Position numbers and translations under genes: made by a program. Under the pieces are notes generated by a model that did no database searches, was not told the DNA's origin, and saw only the letters and a program-made list of their open reading frames with translations. Shown here in pieces: positions 1 through 7,529 of a DNA stretch of 26,766 nucleotides; position 1 is the stretch's first letter; every line of letters starts with the position of its first letter. The stretch comes from Chitinophagaceae bacterium (lineage in GTDB: Bacteria > Bacteroidota > Bacteroidia > Chitinophagales > Chitinophagaceae), in assembly GCA_031424135.1 (NCBI GenBank), contig JANPGT010000441.1:1-26766 (forward strand), in the 5' to 3' direction.

Positions 1-238
1 GGCAGGCAAAGGGCGACAGTTTGCTGCTTTTATAGCTATTACCCAGGTCTTCTTTTAATACCGCCGTACTGCTGTAATTGTCTATAATATTTTGCGGGCC
101 TTTTTGGGTCTGCACAGTAAAAGCATGCAGCATGGCGCCATACTCCGGCAGAATAATTACCTGCGCACCCGTGTCCGCTGCTGTCAATACTACCTGCTTA
201 CAATCATCTGCTGTAACTTCTGCAATCGTAAATTCCAT
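1..238 (-). CDS. Aldose 1-epimerase / galactose-mutarotase-like protein, N-terminal part (runs off the left edge)
   Basis: Not in the ORF track. I translated it by hand from the ATG at 238: MEFTIAEVTADDCKQVVLTAADTGAQVIILPEYGAMLHAFTVQTQKGPQNIIDNYSSTAVLKEDLGNSYKSSKLSPFAC, with no stop before the edge. The 'I.PEYGAML' and 'S.KLSPF' segments resemble the N-terminus of aldose-epimerase-family proteins. It starts 8 nt after the ispG stop. Confidence 0.65.
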   Translation of the reverse strand, partial: MEFTIAEVTADDCKQVVLTAADTGAQVIILPEYGAMLHAFTVQTQKGPQNIIDNYSSTAVLKEDLGNSYKSSKLSPFAC

Positions 239-246
239 GTATAATG

Positions 247-2253
247 CTATTTAACTAAGCTGCTGTCCGGTTCAATCCATGCCCCGCTCTCTTTCAGCAG
301 GCTTACCAGTTCCGCCACTGCAATATCACTGTCAACACTGCGCTTTACCACTTCTTTGCCCCTGTACAATGTAATCTTACCGGGGCCGCTGCCTACATAA
401 CCAAAATCAGCGTCGGCCATTTCACCAGGTCCATTTACAATACAACCCATAATGGCAATTTTAACGCCTTTGAGGTGATTGGTAACAGCACGGATTTTCG
501 CAGTGGTCTCCTGTAAATCAAACAGTGTTCTGCCACAACTGGGACAACTGATGTATTCCGTTTTGGAAATACGGGTACGTGTAGCCTGTAAGATAGAAAA
601 AGAAGTGTTATTGATGAACTGGTGATTGCTGTGGGCTTCCAGGTAGGTGCGGCCGCTTACTTTACTATTAGTGAGTTTGGAAGGATCATTCATTAACCAG
701 ATGCCATCGCCCATGCCATCCAGCAGCAGGGCCCCTGCCTCTGCTGAAAAATGGATAAGCTGGTCGTCGATGGTTGTATCATGGCTTTCTACTGCCAGTA
801 CCAGGGGGCACCTGATATTCTGGTTCATCAACTCCATAATATAACGCCTGACCGAAGGCATGGTATGCGCATGTGATGACCAGAGGCAGAGCACTACCGT
901 ATCATCTTTTCTTATCTGCTGCAATATTTCAGCAGCGTCTTTGCTGTTGGTATCCACAGAAACAAAGTTCATTACACCGGACCTTTTATTGTGCATCAGG
1001 TACGATGCGCCCTGGTAAAGCGGAAAATATTTTGCTTTATCCGGCGCGGTCAGCCAGCTATCGTAATCGCAGATAACGCTGAGGGTGCCGGGCAATGCAA
1101 ATGCCAGTTGTTTTTTACCCGTGTATATATAATCGGCAGCACCATCACCAATATGCCATTTGTCGGTAGCTTCATCGTAAGTGTAACCAATGCTGTGCAG
1201 GTCCTGTGTGCCCACTGCAGCGGCCTGCATAAAATCTGCTACTACCACGGGCACCTGCTTCCTGCCAATATTGCTGACTGAAAAACCATCCCTTCTTGCA
1301 TAGGAAAAGGGTGAGTAAGGGATTTTGTCAATACCGGGTATCGAAGCCTGTACAGCAGCTTTTTCTCCGCGGTTATGGTAACGCTTTACCAGGTCTTTAC
1401 AAACCGGTATTTCAAATTCCGGATCTTCGGTTAAAGATACACGTATGGTATCTCCGATGCCATCTTCCAGCAGGGTACCTATACCGATGGCAGATTTGAT
1501 CCTGCCATCTTCCCCATCACCAGCTTCTGTAACGCCCAGGTGCAATGGATAACAATCGCCAAACTCCCTGTCCATGCATTGTACCAGCAGGCGGTAAGCC
1601 TGCACCATTACCTGCGGGTTGCTGCTCTTCATGCTGAGGATGATATTGTGGTAGCTTTCGCCCCGTGCAATACGAAGAAATTCCATGGCGCTTTCTACCA
1701 TACCATTGGCAGTATCTCCGTAGCGGCTCATAATCCGGTCGCTCAGCGATCCATGATTGGTACCGATGCGCATGGCAGTACCATATTCTTTGCAAATTTT
1801 TACCAGGGGTGTGAACCTTTCGCGGATGCGGTCAATTTCCTCCCCGTATTCAGCATCGGTATAATCTATTTGTTCAAATTTTTTCTTGTCTACATAGTTG
1901 CCGGGGTTCACCCTTACCTTTTCTACAATCCGGGCGGCTATTTCGGCGGCATTGGGGGTAAAATGTATATCGGCCACCAGTGGCGTGGTATAGCCTCTTT
2001 TCCGCAGCTCATTTTTTATATTGAGCAGGTTCTCTGCTTCGTTTTTGCTGGGGGCGGTGATGCGCACCAGTTCTGCACCCGCTTCTATACAACGTATGGA
2101 TTGTTCTACCGTAGCTATGGTATCCATAGTGTTGGTAGTAGTCATGGTCTGGATGCGTACCGGATGATAATTGCCCAGCAGCAAATCCCCGATCTTTACT
2201 TCCAGGGTTTTGAGGCGTTTGTATTGGGTGAGTGAAGGACAGTATAACTGCAT
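247..2253 (-). CDS. ispG: (E)-4-hydroxy-3-methylbut-2-enyl-diphosphate synthase (GcpE), long three-domain form
   Basis: Motifs include ADIHF, KVRVNPGN, RIGTNHGSLS, YPLHLGVTEAG, GIGDTIRVSL, and the C-terminal 4Fe-4S ligands SCPSCGR and MGCIVNGPGE. The 668-aa length includes a central insertion of about 240 aa. Confidence 0.97.
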   Translation of the reverse strand: MQLYCPSLTQYKRLKTLEVKIGDLLLGNYHPVRIQTMTTTNTMDTIATVEQSIRCIEAGAELVRITAPSKNEAENLLNIKNELRKRGYTTPLVADIHFTPNAAEIAARIVEKVRVNPGNYVDKKKFEQIDYTDAEYGEEIDRIRERFTPLVKICKEYGTAMRIGTNHGSLSDRIMSRYGDTANGMVESAMEFLRIARGESYHNIILSMKSSNPQVMVQAYRLLVQCMDREFGDCYPLHLGVTEAGDGEDGRIKSAIGIGTLLEDGIGDTIRVSLTEDPEFEIPVCKDLVKRYHNRGEKAAVQASIPGIDKIPYSPFSYARRDGFSVSNIGRKQVPVVVADFMQAAAVGTQDLHSIGYTYDEATDKWHIGDGAADYIYTGKKQLAFALPGTLSVICDYDSWLTAPDKAKYFPLYQGASYLMHNKRSGVMNFVSVDTNSKDAAEILQQIRKDDTVVLCLWSSHAHTMPSVRRYIMELMNQNIRCPLVLAVESHDTTIDDQLIHFSAEAGALLLDGMGDGIWLMNDPSKLTNSKVSGRTYLEAHSNHQFINNTSFSILQATRTRISKTEYISCPSCGRTLFDLQETTAKIRAVTNHLKGVKIAIMGCIVNGPGEMADADFGYVGSGPGKITLYRGKEVVKRSVDSDIAVAELVSLLKESGAWIEPDSSLVK

Positions 2254-2298
2254 AGTTCAATAAAAATTAAAAGTAAGGCATTGGGCAAAACCCGCTTG

Positions 2299-2306
2299 CA
2301 AAAGTA
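2299..2306 (-). promoter_or_regulatory. Putative Bacteroidota -7 promoter element (TACTTTTG) for ispG
   Basis: Exact match to the TAnnTTTG consensus on the minus strand, about 46 nt upstream of the ispG ATG. No clear -33 TTG was found. Confidence 0.55.
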
Positions 2307-2340
2307 ACAAACCTGCTCGGCAGATGTTTAATAATTCTGT

Positions 2341-2530
2341 ATGACCTTTCCGGTGGCAGGGCTACCGTTTTGAACAACTTTTTCCATGACCAGGATGGGG
2401 TGGAAACGCTGCACTACGCTTAAGAAAACCTTTTTCTCTCCAATCAATACCAGAAATGGTCCCCGCGTAGCGATGATGGAGCGGCTTGCTGACCCTGGCT
2501 CATTTAGCCTTGATTGCAAATTCTGTCTTA
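2341..2530 (+). ncRNA. Candidate structured non-coding RNA, possibly 6S-like; ends approximate
   Basis: Nested long-range pairings found by eye: 2357-2364 with 2505-2512, 2386-2394 with 2494-2503, and 2414-2419 with 2465-2470. There is a GAAA-capped hairpin at 2449-2460 and an unpaired GTTTTGAACAACTTTTT tract. No credible ORF. Confidence 0.3.
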
Positions 2531-2663
2531 TTTAGGCCAAACTCCATGAAGATGTTTTATATTCATCCCGGCCGTTTCGCCCCGCTTCAGTCTGGCGTCG
2601 TAAAATCCGCCAGGCAGAAAGCAGAAAGCGTAGCGCAGCAGTTACTAAACAAATAATATAGTT

Positions 2664-4079
2664 ATGAGAAGAATACTGGTAATTACTTTCATTTTACTGT
2701 TAACGACTGGGTTAAAGGCACAAACCTTCAGCACGGAAGTAAAGACATTCATTACAATACCCGCCGGTACCATTGCCATTACCGACGTAAAAATCATTGA
2801 CGGCACCGGGGCGCCGGCAAAAGAGCACCAAACGGTGTTGCTGGAAAATGATCGGATTATTGCTGTGGGTGACAGCAAAAAAATCGCCCTGCCAGCCAAC
2901 GCCGTTATTGTAAATGGTGCAGGCAAAACGCTTATACCCGGCCTGGTAATGTTGCACGAACATTTGTATTACACCAACCCATTGGAAGATTTTTTTAGTT
3001 TATCTGAATTGTCTTTTTCTTTTCCAAGGCTCTACCTGGCGGCTGGTGTAACCACCATGCGCACCGGCGGAAGCATCGAACCGCAAACCGATCTTGGCAT
3101 TAAACGCATGATTGCAGAAGGAAAGTTAACAGGCCCTGATATGGACATCACTGCCCCGTATATTGAACGGCAGGGCTTTGATATTCCCTCATTAAACACG
3201 ATAAAAGATACTGCCGAAGCGGCGACCTCTGTAGCTTTCTGGTCGGCCAAGGGCTGTACCTCCTTCAAAATGTACATGCATGCCACCAAAGAAGACCTGG
3301 CCGTGGTAATACGCGAAGCACACCTGCGGGGGTTAAAAGTTACCGGCCATATCGGCGCCATCACTTATGCCGAAGCCGCTGCAGCAGGTATTGATAACCT
3401 TGAGCACGGCTTTATGGCAAGCACCGATTTTATAGAAGGCAAAAAAGAAAACGAATTGCCAACAGGCAGCCGCAAATCATTGGCGGCTCTGGATGTAAAC
3501 AGTTCCCAAATGAAAGACCTGATACGCCTGCTGGTCAGCAGGAAAGTAGCCCTCACCTCTACATTACCCGTGTTTGAGCCATATACCGGCAGTGAGATTG
3601 TACATGGGGGCGGACTGGATGCCTTACTGCCCGAAATAAAAGAAGGTTTGTCTTCTGAATGGAACGATATGCAAAACAAAGATGCTGCCGCCATTGCTTT
3701 GTTTAAAAAAGAATTAGCCTGGGAAAAACAATTTCATGATGCAGGAGGTTTGCTGGTAGCAGGTACTGACCCCACCGGCGCAGGAAGAACCATTGCCGGC
3801 TATAGTAATTACCGCGAAATTGAGTTACTGGTACAGGCGGGATTCACAGCCCTGGAAGCCATCAGGATTGCAACACTTAACGGCGCCACCTACCTGCAGC
3901 GGACCAAAGATATCGGCAGTATTGAAAAGGGCAAATTGGCCAACCTGGTGTTGCTGAACGGCGACCTTGAAAAAGATATCAGCCATATCCGCAGTACAGA
4001 AATTGTTTTTAAAAACGGGGTGGGCTTTGATTCAAAAAAGATGTTTGCTTCACTAAAAGGAAAAGTGGGGCTGTATTAA
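2664..4079 (+). CDS. Secreted metal-dependent amidohydrolase-family protein
   Basis: Sec signal peptide (MRRILVITFILLLTTGLKAQ), PGLVMLHEH (HxH), FKMY (Lys ligand), VTGH, LEHG, AGTD, and the C-terminal G.IE.GK.A.LV.L signature. Confidence 0.9.
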   Translation: MRRILVITFILLLTTGLKAQTFSTEVKTFITIPAGTIAITDVKIIDGTGAPAKEHQTVLLENDRIIAVGDSKKIALPANAVIVNGAGKTLIPGLVMLHEHLYYTNPLEDFFSLSELSFSFPRLYLAAGVTTMRTGGSIEPQTDLGIKRMIAEGKLTGPDMDITAPYIERQGFDIPSLNTIKDTAEAATSVAFWSAKGCTSFKMYMHATKEDLAVVIREAHLRGLKVTGHIGAITYAEAAAAGIDNLEHGFMASTDFIEGKKENELPTGSRKSLAALDVNSSQMKDLIRLLVSRKVALTSTLPVFEPYTGSEIVHGGGLDALLPEIKEGLSSEWNDMQNKDAAAIALFKKELAWEKQFHDAGGLLVAGTDPTGAGRTIAGYSNYREIELLVQAGFTALEAIRIATLNGATYLQRTKDIGSIEKGKLANLVLLNGDLEKDISHIRSTEIVFKNGVGFDSKKMFASLKGKVGLY

Positions 4080-4097
4080 TAATAGATTAAAAAGTTT

Positions 4098-4249
4098 GCC
4101 GCAGATGCGCAGATTATTACTCACCCCAGCGCATCTAGGATGCGCTTCCCCTCTCTGCGCTGCAGAGAGGGGTGTCACGCCTTGGCGTGACGGGGTGAGT
4201 TGTCTAACCAAACATCATTAAATTAAAACCCAATCTGCGAATCTGCGGC
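4098..4249. repeat. Inverted-repeat element with GCCGCAGATGCGCAGATT ... AATCTGCGAATCTGCGGC arms
   Basis: 18-bp arms at 4098-4115 and 4232-4249 with one mismatch. Related arms occur at 6489-6506, 11228-11244 and 11391-11404. Confidence 0.8.
4119..4200. repeat. 82-nt perfect cloverleaf palindrome (REP/MITE-like)
   Basis: A 9-bp closing stem (ACTCACCCC/GGGGTGAGT) encloses three perfect hairpins: 8 bp at 4128-4146, 11 bp at 4148-4172 and 8 bp at 4174-4191. Confidence 0.85.
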
Positions 4250-4292
4250 TAATAATTGCGGCATTCATTCTTTCTTTATATAATTTTATTTC

Positions 4293-6482
4293 ATGAAACA
4301 ATACTTGCTGCTATTGCTGCTTTTTCCGGTACAGTTATTTGCTCAATATTTCACGCCCGCAGAAATTACCCGTTGGGAAACCCAGGCTAAACGGGTGACC
4401 ATCATCCGCGATAACTGGGGCATTCCGCATGTATACGGAAAAACAGATGCAGATGCAGTGTTTGGATTACTCTATGCCCAGTGCGAGGACGATTTCAAAA
4501 GAGTGGAGATGAATTATATTGAAAAACTGGGGCGCATGGCAGAAATAAAAGGGGAAGCAGCGCTGTATGAAGATTTATTGATCCGGCTGGTAATAGATTC
4601 TGCTGAAGCAAAAGCCGATTTTGCCAAAAGCCCGGCCTGGCTGCAAAAATTAATGAATGCGTTTGCTGACGGCATCAACTATTACCTGTATAAAAATCCA
4701 GCTGTGAAGCCGGCATTGCTGCATCGCTTTCAGCCATGGTATCCCTTGTTATGGACTGATGGCAGCATTGGCGCCATTAATACTGCGGGAGTGACGGAAA
4801 AAGAATTACAGTCTTTTTACACCGGCGGGGGTAACACCACCGCTTTCATTCCAAACAGGGACGAAGCACCGGTGGGATCCAATGGGTTTGCTTTTTCACC
4901 GTCCATCACCAGCGCGCATAACGCCATTTTATATATCAACCCGCATGTTACTTTCTATTTCAGGCCAGAAGTGCATATGGCAAGCGAAGAAGGATTGAAT
5001 GTATACGGTGCCGTAACCTGGGGCCAGTTTTTTATCTACCAGGGTTTTAATGAGCACTGTGGGTGGATGCATACGTCCAGTGCCGTTGACATTGCAGATT
5101 TGTATGCAGAAAAAATAACAAAGAGCAACAATGGCTGGCAGTACGAATACAATCACGTGCAGAAGTCAGTGAAGCAAAAGAATATCCGGTTGAAATACCT
5201 CAGCAATGGCAAGCTGCAGTCAAAAGACATCAGCGCATTGTTTACGCAGCATGGGCCTATTATGGCCAAACGCAATAACCAGTGGCTGAGTGTAAAAGCC
5301 AATAACCGATCCATTAATGGACTGGTACAAAGCTGGCAACGCACCAGGGCCAATAGTTTTGCCGCTTACAAAAAAACCATGGACCTGCTGGCCAACACCT
5401 CCAACAATACCGTATACGCGGATGCCGAGGGAAATATCGCCTACTGGCATGGCAATTTTATTCCGGTAAGGGATAAAAAATACGACTGGTCGAGGCCGGT
5501 AGACGGAAGTACAGCTGCTACCGACTGGAAGGGCCTGCATACTGTCAATGAAAGCGTACACAGTTACAATCCCGTCAACGGCTGGTTGCAGAATTGCAAT
5601 TCCACCCCTTTTACAGTAGCTGGAAGCAGCAGTCCTAAAAGAGAAGATTACCCTGCTTATATGGCGCCCGATGGGGAGAATTTCAGGGGTGTAAATGCCG
5701 TAAGAGTGCTGGGCAGCCAGAAAGATTATAGTATTGATAAGGTAATTGCTGCCGGTTATGACACTTATCTTTCCGGATTTGAAAAACTGGTACCTGCCCT
5801 GGTAGATGCTTTTGAAAAGACTGTCTCAGAAAAAGATTCTGTTTACGCGCAGTTACACGAAGCAGTTATGCTACTGAAGAATTGGGATTTCAGGTGTGGT
5901 GAAAACTCGGTGGCAACTACCCTTGCCGTAGAATGGGGGCAGCGATTGGTACCCAAAATGATTAAGAGCGCCGATGAAGACGAATATGAATACGTGGACC
6001 AGGTAAAAAGAACAGACAAATTTTTAAGAGCAGCAAAACCATCAGATTTGATACCACCCATGCTTGAAGTAATCAATGACCTCCAACGTAAATTTGGCAG
6101 CTGGCAAATCAGCTGGGGTAGCATCAACCGTTTTCAGCGGGTGTCGGCTGATATTGATCAGAAATATGATGATGCGCAACCCAGCATACCCGTAGCTTTT
6201 ACTTCTTCGCTCTGGGGCATGCTTCCTTCTTACAATGCACGTTATTACCCCGGCACCAAAAAAAGATATGGTGTCAATGGCAATAGTTTTATCTGTGCGG
6301 TGGAGTTTGGCAAGAAAGTAAAAGCTAAATCTTTATTGGCCGGCGGAGAAAGCGGTAATCCTCAATCAAAACATTTTAACGACCAGCTGCAGATGTATGC
6401 CAAAGGCCAGTTCAAAGATGTGTTGTTTTATAAGGAAGATGTGCTGGCCCATGCAGAGAAAACATATCATCCGGGTGAATAG
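4293..6482 (+). CDS. Penicillin-acylase-family Ntn hydrolase (PvdQ / cephalosporin-acylase-like)
   Basis: Signal peptide, IIRDNWGIPHVY, GSNG with the putative nucleophile Ser196, NPH at beta-23, WLQNCNSTP, and C-terminal GGESG.P.S.HF.DQ. Confidence 0.92.
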   Translation: MKQYLLLLLLFPVQLFAQYFTPAEITRWETQAKRVTIIRDNWGIPHVYGKTDADAVFGLLYAQCEDDFKRVEMNYIEKLGRMAEIKGEAALYEDLLIRLVIDSAEAKADFAKSPAWLQKLMNAFADGINYYLYKNPAVKPALLHRFQPWYPLLWTDGSIGAINTAGVTEKELQSFYTGGGNTTAFIPNRDEAPVGSNGFAFSPSITSAHNAILYINPHVTFYFRPEVHMASEEGLNVYGAVTWGQFFIYQGFNEHCGWMHTSSAVDIADLYAEKITKSNNGWQYEYNHVQKSVKQKNIRLKYLSNGKLQSKDISALFTQHGPIMAKRNNQWLSVKANNRSINGLVQSWQRTRANSFAAYKKTMDLLANTSNNTVYADAEGNIAYWHGNFIPVRDKKYDWSRPVDGSTAATDWKGLHTVNESVHSYNPVNGWLQNCNSTPFTVAGSSSPKREDYPAYMAPDGENFRGVNAVRVLGSQKDYSIDKVIAAGYDTYLSGFEKLVPALVDAFEKTVSEKDSVYAQLHEAVMLLKNWDFRCGENSVATTLAVEWGQRLVPKMIKSADEDEYEYVDQVKRTDKFLRAAKPSDLIPPMLEVINDLQRKFGSWQISWGSINRFQRVSADIDQKYDDAQPSIPVAFTSSLWGMLPSYNARYYPGTKKRYGVNGNSFICAVEFGKKVKAKSLLAGGESGNPQSKHFNDQLQMYAKGQFKDVLFYKEDVLAHAEKTYHPGE

Positions 6483-6488
6483 CTTTTG

Positions 6489-6506
6489 GCCGCAGCTGCG
6501 CAGATT
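6489..6506. repeat. Solo copy of the GCCGCAG(A/C)TGCGCAGATT repeat arm
   Basis: GCCGCAGCTGCGCAGATT matches 4098-4115 at 17 of 18 positions and lies 6 nt after the acylase stop codon. Confidence 0.75.
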
Positions 6507-6590
6507 TGTGTGGCTGCGCCTGGCGGGATAAACAAAAATAATTGTTCCGGTAATTGTATTTGTAATTTAGTCAGTATTTAAATCATTAAT

Positions 6591-7415
6591 ATGAAACAGT
6601 TTCTTACTACTGCCGCTTTTTTTCTTTTACTGCTGGCGGCTTCGGCACAAACTACGATTGGTCTGCAGCTTTATAGCTTCCGCAACGAGTTTAAAAAAGA
6701 TGTGCCCGGGACCCTGCAAAAGATTGGAGAAATGGGCATTCGCCAGATAGAAGGTGGCGGTAGTTACGGCCTGCCCATGGAAGAGTATAAAGCCCTATTG
6801 GCAAAGAACAAACTCACCATGGTAAGCATTGGCGCCGATTTTAAGGAACTGGAAACCAGCCCCGAAACAGTGGTGAAAAATGCGCAGGCCTTCGGTGCCA
6901 AATATGTAATGTGTGCCTGGGTGCCGCACAACGGCATATTTACCCTGGAAGATGCAGACAAAGCCATTGCTGTTTTTAATAAAGCCGGAAAAGTGCTGAA
7001 AGAAAATGGCATCACGTTCTGTTACCACGCACATGGCTATGAATTCGGCGCTTTTGAAAAAGGCACTTTGTTCGATTATATGGCCAGCAAAATGAATCCA
7101 GCCTATGCCAATTTTGAAATGGATGTGTTTTGGGTAAAACACCCCGGCCAGGACCCTGTAGCCTTGTTAAAAAAATACCCCGGACGCTTTAAAATGATGC
7201 ACCTGAAAGATCGTAAACCAGGCACCCCTTCTACACAGGACGGACATGCCCCTGATGAAACCAATGTGGTGCTGGGTGCTGGTGACGTAGGTATTGCCGC
7301 CATTATGAAAGTGGCCAAAAAATACGGTGTTAAATATTATTTTATAGAAGATGAATCACCCATTGCTATGGAGCAGGTGCCACAGAGTTTGGTGTTTTTG
7401 AAAGGGTTGAAGTAG
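6591..7415 (+). CDS. Secreted sugar phosphate isomerase/epimerase-family (xylose-isomerase-like TIM barrel) protein
   Basis: Signal peptide, IGLQLYSFR, YHAHGYEF, FEMDVFW, MHLKD and FIEDE, consistent with the E/D/H/E metal ligands of the family. Confidence 0.88.
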   Translation: MKQFLTTAAFFLLLLAASAQTTIGLQLYSFRNEFKKDVPGTLQKIGEMGIRQIEGGGSYGLPMEEYKALLAKNKLTMVSIGADFKELETSPETVVKNAQAFGAKYVMCAWVPHNGIFTLEDADKAIAVFNKAGKVLKENGITFCYHAHGYEFGAFEKGTLFDYMASKMNPAYANFEMDVFWVKHPGQDPVALLKKYPGRFKMMHLKDRKPGTPSTQDGHAPDETNVVLGAGDVGIAAIMKVAKKYGVKYYFIEDESPIAMEQVPQSLVFLKGLK

Positions 7416-7438
7416 TCTGAACTATTATTTTTTTGATT

Positions 7439-7473
7439 CCGGTGATTTTAATGATTAAAGAAAATCAACCCGG
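7439..7473. terminator. Possible bidirectional terminator between convergent genes
   Basis: Imperfect hairpin GGTGATTTT ... AAAATCAACC in an AT-rich spacer. Confidence 0.3.
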
Positions 7474-7529
7474 TTATTTATCATATTTCAAAAGCATCTT
7501 TACAACTTAAAAACAGGTTAAACACTACA

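Noticed and set aside
1540-2235. 231-aa + strand ORF, and the other short ORFs overlapping ispG
   Set aside because: They are antisense shadows of a well-supported gene and show no recognisable motifs.
2328-2519. 63-aa minus-strand ORF in the ispG-amidohydrolase spacer
   Set aside because: It has a TTG start and no motif or hydrophobic pattern. It overlaps the structured region, which is better explained as RNA.
2333-2526. 8-bp direct repeat AATTCTGT at 2333 and 2519 as a target-site duplication
   Set aside because: The enclosed DNA has no terminal inverted repeats, and about one 8-mer match is expected by chance in a 400-nt spacer.
4119-4200. The cloverleaf as a tRNA gene
   Set aside because: The loops are only 2-3 nt, and there is no D-loop GG, TTC loop, 7-nt anticodon loop or CCA end.
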